Notes under the pieces: generated by a model | Database searches by the model: none | The model's input: only the letters and a program-made list of their open reading frames with translations | Told to the model about the DNA's origin: nothing | Position numbers and translations under genes: made by a program | Shown here: positions 19,468 through 27,795 of the stretch, piece by piece | Layout of the letters: each line of letters starts with the position of its first letter | Position numbering within the stretch: the first letter of the stretch is position 1 | Source of the DNA: Candidatus Cloacimonadota bacterium | GTDB lineage: Bacteria; Cloacimonadota; Cloacimonadia; JGIOTU-2 | Direction: 5' to 3' | NCBI GenBank assembly: GCA_049903315.1 | Contig: JBNGBT010000012.1 | Location: forward strand, 1-64,000 | DNA length: 64,000 bases

Positions 19468-20901
19468 CTATAATTTATGTCTTGAATTGCTTTTGTAATA
19501 AGAGCCAAATCCGGGATCAACAAGAAGATCATCACGATCAATAATGACATTTCCGCGTACAATTGTTTTCTCGATCCTGCATTTGAAAATTCGATCATGA
19601 AAAGGTGAATATTTCCCTTTTGAATGCAATTTTATCTGGTCGACTTTCGTTTCGGCAAGTGGATCTATGAACACAAAATCTGCATCCTTGCAATTACTGA
19701 TACTTCCTTTATGAACATCTAATCTGTAATTCTCAGCAGCATTTTCAGAAAGAATTTTTTGGGTTTGATAAAGACTGAGTTTGCCATCAAGAAATCCTTC
19801 AGAAAAAATAAAAGGAACCATAAGTTCGCTTCCGGGTATACCGGCATAATCAGTCCAAATATTGCCCATGCTTTTCTCCAGTGGATATTCGCAGCTTGCA
19901 TGGTCTGTTGCCACAAAACTGATCGCGCCGTTCTTTAAACCATCCCAGAGTGCTTTTTTATCTTCTTCAAATTTTACCGGTGGAGCTGTTTTCATGATGC
20001 TTCCCAACTTCTCAAAATCTTCTTGTGTAAAAGCAAGAAAATGAGGGCAGGTTTCGGTTGTAATATGAACTCCCTGTGCTTGTGCTTCTTCGATGAGCTC
20101 GAGTCCTCTTTTGCTGCTCAGATGTACGACATGAAAATGAGTACCCGTTTTTTGAGCAATCTCAATCACAGTTTTGATTGCCAGAACCTCTGCTTCGATC
20201 CCCCGAGCCTGGCAGTAATGAGTGATCTCATTTTTATTTTCTCTTTGAAATCCTGCGCGCATACGCTCAACAAATGCTTTATCTTCCGCATGAACTGCCA
20301 CAAGCATGTCTAAATCTTTTGCAACAAGAGCCACTTCCTCAAGCTGTGAAGGTGTGAGTGAAGTAAAATCTTTCATCCCGGAAATCAGGTATGTTTTAAA
20401 GCCGATTACCCCCTGCTCTTTGAGCTCGCGCATATTATTTCTTACTGTCTTATCATCAAACTCTGTTCCGGAAACTCCTCCCCACAACGTGAAATCAGTC
20501 ACTGCTTTTTTGCTGATCACCTTTAGTTTATGTTTCAAATTTACCGCATTGATAACAGCCGGAATAGAAGTGCAGGGCATATCCGCAACTGTAGTAACTC
20601 CACCAAATGCAGCGGCAAGAGTGCCTGTATAAAAATCCTCCCGCCACTCAAAACCCGGATCATCATAATGCACATGCGGATCAATGGCTCCGGGTATCAC
20701 AATACAATAATTTGCATCAATACAATTGGTTAGCTGGATCGGTGTTGTTCTTTTTGAGCGAATATAATCAGATAATTCCGAAGGAGTGCACGGAACATCT
20801 TCTTTTTCTATTACATCAATAATATAAGTGCTGTAGAGAATGTCACAAAGAACCGTCCTGTTATCGCGAGAGAGAATTGCATTGATGATTTTTTGAGACA
20901 T
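19468..20901 (-). CDS. Allantoinase/dihydropyrimidinase-family cyclic amidohydrolase
   Basis: IDPHVH, AAFGGVTT..DMP, VHAED, HVVHLSS, ETCPHFL, ATDHA. Confidence 0.85.
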   Translation of the reverse strand: MSQKIINAILSRDNRTVLCDILYSTYIIDVIEKEDVPCTPSELSDYIRSKRTTPIQLTNCIDANYCIVIPGAIDPHVHYDDPGFEWREDFYTGTLAAAFGGVTTVADMPCTSIPAVINAVNLKHKLKVISKKAVTDFTLWGGVSGTEFDDKTVRNNMRELKEQGVIGFKTYLISGMKDFTSLTPSQLEEVALVAKDLDMLVAVHAEDKAFVERMRAGFQRENKNEITHYCQARGIEAEVLAIKTVIEIAQKTGTHFHVVHLSSKRGLELIEEAQAQGVHITTETCPHFLAFTQEDFEKLGSIMKTAPPVKFEEDKKALWDGLKNGAISFVATDHASCEYPLEKSMGNIWTDYAGIPGSELMVPFIFSEGFLDGKLSLYQTQKILSENAAENYRLDVHKGSISNCKDADFVFIDPLAETKVDQIKLHSKGKYSPFHDRIFKCRIEKTIVRGNVIIDRDDLLVDPGFGSYYKSNSRHKL

Positions 20902-20904
20902 TGA

Positions 20905-22389
20905 TTATTTATATTGCTTCAGCAGTCCTGTTCTGTCATTGAATTCTCGAATTAGATCATCCCACTGCTCGTAGGAATGCATTTTTTCCTTCCAGTAATT
21001 ATCATCATACCATTGAGCATTGAGTTCTTCGATGGTTTTTCCCTGTTGCTCTATCCACGTGAAATACTTCAGGTTATGCATGCGTTTCTTATTCCAATAG
21101 GAAAGCTCGAGCATATAATCAACTGTAGTACCCATAAGGTAGCGCTCAAAATCACCGACTGCATTATAAGGGGTATATTTATCGAACTGTTCATGCATCT
21201 CTTTCATTCGTGACTGGTACAGTTCCATCGAGTCGGTTGCCACTGTGAAGAGCACATCATTTTCGTTCATTTCATAGTATTTTGCCATCTTGATCGTACC
21301 AAGCAGATTTGCTATAGATGAAATGCCGAGGAGATGGAGCTGATCAACGAATTCCTTATCAATACCTTGTGCGATAAGATATTCATGCCCCGCAGGTTCA
21401 TTGAACAACCTGAGTAGATTCATGCAGGCATCATCATCAATATCTGCGACCATATCCATATTTTTCATATTATGAATCCAGGGCACATGCTTATCACCGA
21501 TTCCTTCAATACGATGTCCGCCATAGCCGTTGAAGAGGAGGGTCGGGCATTGCAATGCTTCACCTGCACAGATTTTTATCGTTGGATATTTTTCTCTAAG
21601 ATATTCTCCACAGCCGAGTGTTCCTGCAGATCCCTGGGTAAGGAATAATCCACTCATTCTTTGACCGGCGCTTTTATTAGTTTCAAACACTTCCTGCATT
21701 GCTCGTCCGGTCACAGCGTAATGCCAGACAGCATTGCCGAATTCATTGAACTGGTTGAGCACCACGATCTCATCTCCACGCGCTTCTTTCAGTTCCTTAG
21801 TTTTGTCATACACTTCTTTAACATTGCTTTCGCAACCGGGTGTTGCATAAATCTCAGCCCCAACTTTTTCGAGCCATTCAAAACGTTCTCTGGACATTCC
21901 TTCCGGCAACACTGCGATCGAAGGGCATGCAAGCAGATATGAATCATATGCGCCGCCCCTGCAATAATTACCGGTCGAAGGCCAGAGTGCTTTTTGTTTT
22001 GTCGGGTCAAAAGCGCCGCGAACTAATTTCTCGACAAGTGGTCCAAATGTTGCGCCAACTTTATGTGAACCGGTCGGGAAATATTTGCCAATGAGTATAA
22101 ATATACGCGCTTTCACACCAGTCAGTTCTGACGGAACTTCCAGGTAATTAACACCATCAAAACCTCCCCCTTTTTCTGTGGGCTCATTCTTCCAGGTAAT
22201 CCTATATAGATTTCTTGGATGCAGATCCCATAGTCCTATATCGGCAAGTTCTTTTTTTATTTTTTCGGACACTTTTTCGGGATGGATCATCTCTTCATAT
22301 GTTGGTATGATGATATTCCTCTCCCTGCAGCGTTGAACTGTATTCTCCAAAACTTTCACGTCTACAGCATCAAAATTCTTATTATCCAT
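20905..22389 (-). CDS. Fold-type II PLP enzyme (PALP/cysteine synthase-like, long form)
   Basis: FPTGSHKVGA (PLP Lys), PSTGNYCRGG, GSAGT, HRIEGIGDKH. Confidence 0.8.
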   Translation of the reverse strand: MDNKNFDAVDVKVLENTVQRCRERNIIIPTYEEMIHPEKVSEKIKKELADIGLWDLHPRNLYRITWKNEPTEKGGGFDGVNYLEVPSELTGVKARIFILIGKYFPTGSHKVGATFGPLVEKLVRGAFDPTKQKALWPSTGNYCRGGAYDSYLLACPSIAVLPEGMSRERFEWLEKVGAEIYATPGCESNVKEVYDKTKELKEARGDEIVVLNQFNEFGNAVWHYAVTGRAMQEVFETNKSAGQRMSGLFLTQGSAGTLGCGEYLREKYPTIKICAGEALQCPTLLFNGYGGHRIEGIGDKHVPWIHNMKNMDMVADIDDDACMNLLRLFNEPAGHEYLIAQGIDKEFVDQLHLLGISSIANLLGTIKMAKYYEMNENDVLFTVATDSMELYQSRMKEMHEQFDKYTPYNAVGDFERYLMGTTVDYMLELSYWNKKRMHNLKYFTWIEQQGKTIEELNAQWYDDNYWKEKMHSYEQWDDLIREFNDRTGLLKQYK

Positions 22390-22559
22390 AGTTATAACTC
22401 TTTCTTTTTATTATATTTATTTCATTTACGAAAAATTTTAACACATAGAACACGTCAATTTTTTCAATCTTCTCTGGAGCTTAATTTCAAGAAATTTGAC
22501 AAAGGAATGCCTTTATTATGTTTTTTATTTAAATAAAAAAAGCCATTGAAGTAGAACAG

Positions 22560-23990
22560 ATGTCAAAGAATAGAATTAATTTCTTTTTTACCATACTAAA
22601 AATCACGAACGATATTTTTGCCGTTGCATTGAGTTTTATTATTGCCTATGAGATGAAATTCCGGTGGCTGATTCATATCAGTGATGTGAAAGAATACCCT
22701 GATGTGTACATTGACATGTATCTCCATGTGATGTGGTTGATCGTATTCATCTGGATCTTTTCATTTATTATTTCCGGTCTCTATAAAGAATATGGAGGTC
22801 CTCTCAAAGGGATGAATGAGTTAACAGCCATTGGTAAGGGTGCAATATTTGCGACAATACTCACTTTCACGTTTACCTATGCATATCAGGGTTTACCTCA
22901 ATCCCGTTACGTGATAGCATATTCGCTGCCTGTGGCTTTTATAATACTGGCCATCTCTCACTGGTTTATCAATAAAATAAAAAAATTCGTACTCAGCCAT
23001 AATATCGGCAATAAGAAAGCGGTCATTATTGGAGTAAATTCCATGGGGCAGGAAATCGCAGAAAAGATGCTCCTCTATCCTGATCTTGGATTTAATTATA
23101 TCGGAAGCATTTCAAATATTACTCCAGACAAACTTCGCTTTCATTTGAAAAATCACTATATTCACCTGGGCGCTATAAGAGAGTTTAAAAAAATCATAGA
23201 ATCGACCGGTGCTGAAGCGCTTTTCATTGCAGTTGATGATATCGACCAACGAATGCTTAATGATATCATTCTCTTTTGTAAAGATAACGACATTTTTCTC
23301 AGGTTTACACCAACCCGCTATCAATTTAAAACCGGCTCAACAGATTTTGATGACATGGACGGCATACCCCTGATCGGTGTAACTTATATTTCCTTCAGTA
23401 AATGGAGAAGTATTCTAAAACGTACATTTGACATTGTACTGGTTATTCCCCTTATTATCATCACCTCTCCTATTATGCTCGTTCTTGCGCTCCTTGTGAA
23501 ATTCAGCTCTAAAGGACCTGTTCTCTACAAACAAATAAGAGTTACGCTGCACGGCAGAGAATTCTCGTTTATCAAATTCAGATCAATGTATACTGATGCT
23601 GAGGAAGAAACCGGACCGACCTATTCTACTTCTGACCAGAAAGACAGGACCACGAAGATCGGCAATTTCCTTAGAAAATCATCACTTGATGAACTTCCTC
23701 AATTTTTCAATGTATTAAAGGGTGATATGTCTCTGGTTGGACCTCGTCCGGAACGTCCTTTCTTTCATGATAAATTTTCCAAAGAAATCCAGAATTGGGA
23801 TGACCGTCTTTTGGTACGTGGTGGCATGACAGGCTGGGCTCAGATAAATGGAAGGGCAGAGCTCACGACAGAACCTCTCGAAAAACTCGCTTACGACCTC
23901 TACTACATTGAGAACTGGTCACTCATGTTTGACCTTAAGATCATGCTGCGTACCGTGACCGATGTCATACAGCATAAGAATGTGTATTAA
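22560..23990 (+). CDS. Undecaprenyl-phosphate sugar phosphotransferase (WcaJ/WbaP family)
   Basis: N-terminal TMs; KRTFD, KFRSM, SLDELPQFFNVLKGDMSLVGPRPE, GMTGWAQI, DLYYIENWS. Confidence 0.92.
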   Translation: MSKNRINFFFTILKITNDIFAVALSFIIAYEMKFRWLIHISDVKEYPDVYIDMYLHVMWLIVFIWIFSFIISGLYKEYGGPLKGMNELTAIGKGAIFATILTFTFTYAYQGLPQSRYVIAYSLPVAFIILAISHWFINKIKKFVLSHNIGNKKAVIIGVNSMGQEIAEKMLLYPDLGFNYIGSISNITPDKLRFHLKNHYIHLGAIREFKKIIESTGAEALFIAVDDIDQRMLNDIILFCKDNDIFLRFTPTRYQFKTGSTDFDDMDGIPLIGVTYISFSKWRSILKRTFDIVLVIPLIIITSPIMLVLALLVKFSSKGPVLYKQIRVTLHGREFSFIKFRSMYTDAEEETGPTYSTSDQKDRTTKIGNFLRKSSLDELPQFFNVLKGDMSLVGPRPERPFFHDKFSKEIQNWDDRLLVRGGMTGWAQINGRAELTTEPLEKLAYDLYYIENWSLMFDLKIMLRTVTDVIQHKNVY

Positions 23991-24029
23991 GCAAGATAAA
24001 ATAAATACCATACATCAAAAGGGGGCATC

Positions 24030-24500
24030 ATGGCTTTAGCAATAGCAATTATTAGAATACTTCTAGTGGCACTTTCCATTTTTCTTGGGATTTTTTTTCT
24101 TCCCGACATAGCAAAATCTATTGATATTATTTTGCTTTTCGCAGTCGCAGTGATCGGCATTCTGAGTTTCTTTAGCCATGTGATATTTCATAAAGCCGAT
24201 GCAAAACGGCTTGGATGGGAAAGCGAACGTCCCGACTGGCAGTTTGAAGTAGGATTTGCAAATCTCGCAATTGGGATTGTTGCACTTCTCGCATATCTGC
24301 TAGGATGGAATATACTCGCAAAGTCAGCTATTATCTTGATCTATGGAGTATACCTTCTCCAAGCTGCAATCCTCCACACTACCCGGGCATTACAAAAACA
24401 TGATAACGATGTTCAACACCTTTTTATGAGCGTGTTCAGTGCACTGGCTTTTAGCGGTTTCCTGATATTCTTTGCGGTGTATTCAATCTCTTTATTGTAA
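24030..24500 (+). CDS. Membrane protein (DUF6790-like)
   Basis: Five hydrophobic segments; AKRLGW...WQFEVGFANLAIG. Confidence 0.6.
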   Translation: MALAIAIIRILLVALSIFLGIFFLPDIAKSIDIILLFAVAVIGILSFFSHVIFHKADAKRLGWESERPDWQFEVGFANLAIGIVALLAYLLGWNILAKSAIILIYGVYLLQAAILHTTRALQKHDNDVQHLFMSVFSALAFSGFLIFFAVYSISLL

Positions 24501-24513
24501 TACGTATTTTATT

Positions 24514-24545
24514 TCTCTCTGTGTGCTCTGTGGTCTCTGTGGCGA
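24514..24545. repeat. CTCTGTG-type short repeat element
   Basis: tctctctgtgtgctctgtggtctctgtggcga; three units with about 9-nt periodicity. Confidence 0.5.
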
Positions 24546-24572
24546 GTCTATGTTTTAAGTGGAGTAAGTAGC

Positions 24573-25097
24573 ATTAAAAACAAACGAATAGCAATAATCG
24601 GTACGAGCTGCTCTGGTAAAACAACCATAGCACGAAAACTATCACAAATACTTCATCTCCCTCATGTTGAGCTTGATACACTTTTTTGGAAGAAGAGCTG
24701 GCAGATTGAAGAAAGAGAAAAGTTCAGGAAAAAAGTTGCTCGAGTTGTTGAACAGAAAAAGTGGGTGATTGATGGGAATTTCAGCATTGTGCGCGATATT
24801 GTCTGGGCACATGCAGATACGATCATATGGTTAGACTATCCCTTTGCAGTTGTATTTCTTCAGGCACTTGTCCGTTCAATAAAGAGGATTGTAACAAGAC
24901 AGAAACTTTTTGCAAATAACGTGGAGACTTTCAGGCAGACTTTTTTCTCTAAGAATTCAATTCTTTATTGGATCATTGTATCTCATTGGGATTATAAAAG
25001 GACATATACTCGTTTGTTTAAGAACATTAACAAGGAAGTTATTATTTTGAAGAGTAGTAGGGAGAAGAATGAGTTTGTCAGGAAGTTAAAAGGTTAG
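24573..25097 (+). CDS. FlaR/adenylate-kinase-like P-loop protein with probable ATT start
   Basis: Frame open upstream of the track ORF (24765) and encodes RIAIIGTSCSGKTT, VELDTLFW, WVIDGNF, ADTIIWLD; GGAG 8 nt before ATT 24573. Confidence 0.75.
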   Translation: MKNKRIAIIGTSCSGKTTIARKLSQILHLPHVELDTLFWKKSWQIEEREKFRKKVARVVEQKKWVIDGNFSIVRDIVWAHADTIIWLDYPFAVVFLQALVRSIKRIVTRQKLFANNVETFRQTFFSKNSILYWIIVSHWDYKRTYTRLFKNINKEVIILKSSREKNEFVRKLKG

Positions 25098-25195
25098 AAG
25101 GTTAGAAGGTTAAGAGTTTGAAATGTTTGGAGATTGAGATTATTTTTACTTAGGTTTAGTAATGGAAATGTTGATTTAACGAATCTCTAGTCTTA

Positions 25196-25234
25196 GACCT
25201 TACGAATGGTTTCTTCTCGACCTCGGCAACGGTT
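25196..25234. repeat. AACCGTTGCGAAGGT...AACCRTTCGYAAGGT palindromic element, copy 1
   Basis: Reverse complement aaccgttgccgaggtcgagaagaaaccattcgtaaggtc resembles 43024-43066. Confidence 0.5.
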
Positions 25235-25321
25235 ATACAAAAATTCAATAACTGCTTGATCCATGCGGTTTCAGTGATATATAATTTGTGCTCATTCGTG
25301 TTAATCTGTGGTTTTAATTTC

Positions 25322-25954
25322 TTAAATATTTTTTGCCACATACGCCTTTGCAGGCAGCCGATGTTTTTTCTCTTTATCCATAAACACAGTAAATTCCACA
25401 CTGCGGATTTCCTTTAATGATGCTTCGGCAAGCCATTGGTTTATCTGCTCATTAGAATGCCTGTACATCGTTACAGTTCTATCCGAACCTGTATGTTCAG
25501 AGCCAATAATTACAGCCGGCTCTTCATCTGGTTGTCTGTGACCCACCACAAAAGCAAAATATCCATTTTTCTTCAAAATCCGGGAAACCTCTGTAAATAT
25601 CTCGCCAAGCATCTCAAAAAAATTAAATACACCAGCACATACAACTACATCAAAATAATTGTCAGTATATGGATAAGGAAATTCGGTGAGATCGTGCAGA
25701 TACAGATCATCAGCAAAACCTTTCTGTTTTACCGCATCCAGCATCTTATCTGAAATATCAATGCCACAGACCTTCATTCCCGCTTTGTGGTATAGCTCGG
25801 AACTCAAACCGGTTCCAATTCCAATATCAAGTACCTTTTGCCCGAGCTTAACAAATTTATACAGCAACCCAAATGATACTTCGGGTCCATACCATCCTGT
25901 TGCTTCTGCTCCCTGGTCATAGGCTTCGTCATAATGTTCGATTTGATCTTCCAT
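25322..25954 (-). CDS. Class I SAM-dependent methyltransferase
   Basis: VLDIGIGTG, GIDIS, FDVVVC; AGGAGG RBS before ATG 25954. Confidence 0.85.
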   Translation of the reverse strand: MEDQIEHYDEAYDQGAEATGWYGPEVSFGLLYKFVKLGQKVLDIGIGTGLSSELYHKAGMKVCGIDISDKMLDAVKQKGFADDLYLHDLTEFPYPYTDNYFDVVVCAGVFNFFEMLGEIFTEVSRILKKNGYFAFVVGHRQPDEEPAVIIGSEHTGSDRTVTMYRHSNEQINQWLAEASLKEIRSVEFTVFMDKEKKHRLPAKAYVAKNI

Positions 25955-25955
25955 A

Positions 25956-26873
25956 TTACTTATCCTCCTTTGATGTTTGTACCTGTTCAATATCGTATCC
26001 CTTATTATTGAGAAGATTCACAAGTCCCTCATCACCTGCAAGATGCCCTGCACCTACAATTACGAGATAATCATCTGTGCCTTTTGCATATTGCACAATT
26101 TTGTCCAGCCAGTTGTGATTTCTCTGTATCAATAATGACTGCTTAAGTGCCGGATATTCTTCGAATCCATTATTGAGAAGCTCATTCAGCTTGTCCAGAT
26201 CACCCATTTCCCATGCCGCGACAAGGTCACGAAAACCAGATTCCATTTCGTCGAACTGGCCCATCGTCTGGATCACGAATGCTTCCTGATCATCACCACC
26301 AAGCGTTGAAAGTAGATCAAGCTGATATTCCGGTGTTTCCAACGGGATGATATTTTTTTTACTCTCTTTCGCGAGGGTAAAAAAGTGTTGATCGATACCG
26401 AGTTTGGCATTGAATCCCAACTTTTGCAGGTTCAGACTGAGCATTGTCACCGCAATAAACCACGGTTGGAAAGCATTGAGTTTCTCGATGGGCATACCGA
26501 GCTCAAAGAGTTTATCTTTCACGAGATTGTATGTTGAATCACTTACTGAACCCTTAAATGTTCCACCTTCAGGATAGAAGGCTTTCATAAGCGTATATTG
26601 TTGAAAAGCTGGCGTTTGAGTGCTGTCATAATGCAGTTCGAAGACAACATTTTCAGCATCCTCGAAGCACTGATCGAACCTTTGATCTAGTGGGTAGTCA
26701 TTGTCTTGTAAAAAGTGGATCGAGCCCATAAGGTATACTGTATTGTTGTCCGATTCGATTTTCCAGATGCAGACATTTTCGCTTTTCTGAACATCTTCTG
26801 CAAAAAGAAATCCAGTTATACCGATTATGAGGATAATTAAAAATAGGATGTTTTGAAGGACTTTTTTATTCAT
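25956..26873 (-). CDS. TraB/GumN family exported protein
   Basis: Signal peptide; YLMGSIH, GID, LETPEYQ, QRNHNW, VGAGHL. Start set to ATG 26873. Confidence 0.88.
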   Translation of the reverse strand: MNKKVLQNILFLIILIIGITGFLFAEDVQKSENVCIWKIESDNNTVYLMGSIHFLQDNDYPLDQRFDQCFEDAENVVFELHYDSTQTPAFQQYTLMKAFYPEGGTFKGSVSDSTYNLVKDKLFELGMPIEKLNAFQPWFIAVTMLSLNLQKLGFNAKLGIDQHFFTLAKESKKNIIPLETPEYQLDLLSTLGGDDQEAFVIQTMGQFDEMESGFRDLVAAWEMGDLDKLNELLNNGFEEYPALKQSLLIQRNHNWLDKIVQYAKGTDDYLVIVGAGHLAGDEGLVNLLNNKGYDIEQVQTSKEDK

Positions 26874-26967
26874 GAGATTCCTTTGTAAAATTTCGGATAA
26901 GAAAAAATTATACAGATTCCTATGCAAGAAATTTATTACAAAAAAGTGAGGTGAAAATTTTCCTGGC

Positions 26968-27732
26968 TTATTTCACTCTGTACCAGTACTGATATTGCTC
27001 ATCAAAACCGAGTTTCTTGTACAAGTGTAACGCAACCGAATTATCGAGCATGACCTGTAAGTAAGAGGTGATAGCTCCTTTTAATTTTCCCCATTGCATA
27101 AGCGCTGTCACGATATAATAACCCAGTCCAACTCCACGATGTTCTTTATCCACAACAATATCAAAAAGCCCAATATAATCTCCCTGCATCACACCGAGTC
27201 CACATCCCACAATCTGGTTGCTGATGCTGTAGCTTGCAAACACTGTTTCGGGAACAATGTTCTTTAAAATTTTGTAATAGGTTTGTATTTTTGATCTATC
27301 ATATTCATTAAGTTCGACGAATGACCGTACCCAATCTTCGTGTAGTTCCTCATCGAGAACGATGCCCTGTTTTGTTGCGAAGTGAGCTTGAGTAAGATTA
27401 CAGGTCTGCACAGATGTTTCCGCCTGCGTATGGTATCCTCTTAGGTCAAGCATTTCATCAAGACCTGGAGGATACACGTGTGAAGTAAGTTTGAAAATAG
27501 TCGATAGATTCTTTTTGCGGTATAGCTTTTCACAAAATGAAATTTTCACCTCGGCATTAAGCGTGGAACCCAAAATTGGACTTACGCAATTTGAACGTCT
27601 TGTCACACCATTTGCAAAACGAAGAATCCAGCCATCATAGAACATGGTTTGAAGCGAGGGCCACGCATTCATGGTGTGTTGTTCTAAAATTTGAATAGTA
27701 ATATTATCTTTCATCATCTCATCTGTTGTCAC
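26968..27732 (-). CDS. GNAT N-acetyltransferase
   Basis: NAWP...DGWILRFANGVTRRSN; HRGVGLG; YLQV..DN..A..LY.KLGF. Confidence 0.88.
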   Translation of the reverse strand: MTTDEMMKDNITIQILEQHTMNAWPSLQTMFYDGWILRFANGVTRRSNCVSPILGSTLNAEVKISFCEKLYRKKNLSTIFKLTSHVYPPGLDEMLDLRGYHTQAETSVQTCNLTQAHFATKQGIVLDEELHEDWVRSFVELNEYDRSKIQTYYKILKNIVPETVFASYSISNQIVGCGLGVMQGDYIGLFDIVVDKEHRGVGLGYYIVTALMQWGKLKGAITSYLQVMLDNSVALHLYKKLGFDEQYQYWYRVK

Positions 27733-27795
27733 TTATAAACTTGGGTGTAAGCAAGTATTTATAAATACTCTTGTTATCATCGATCTTATACTTAT

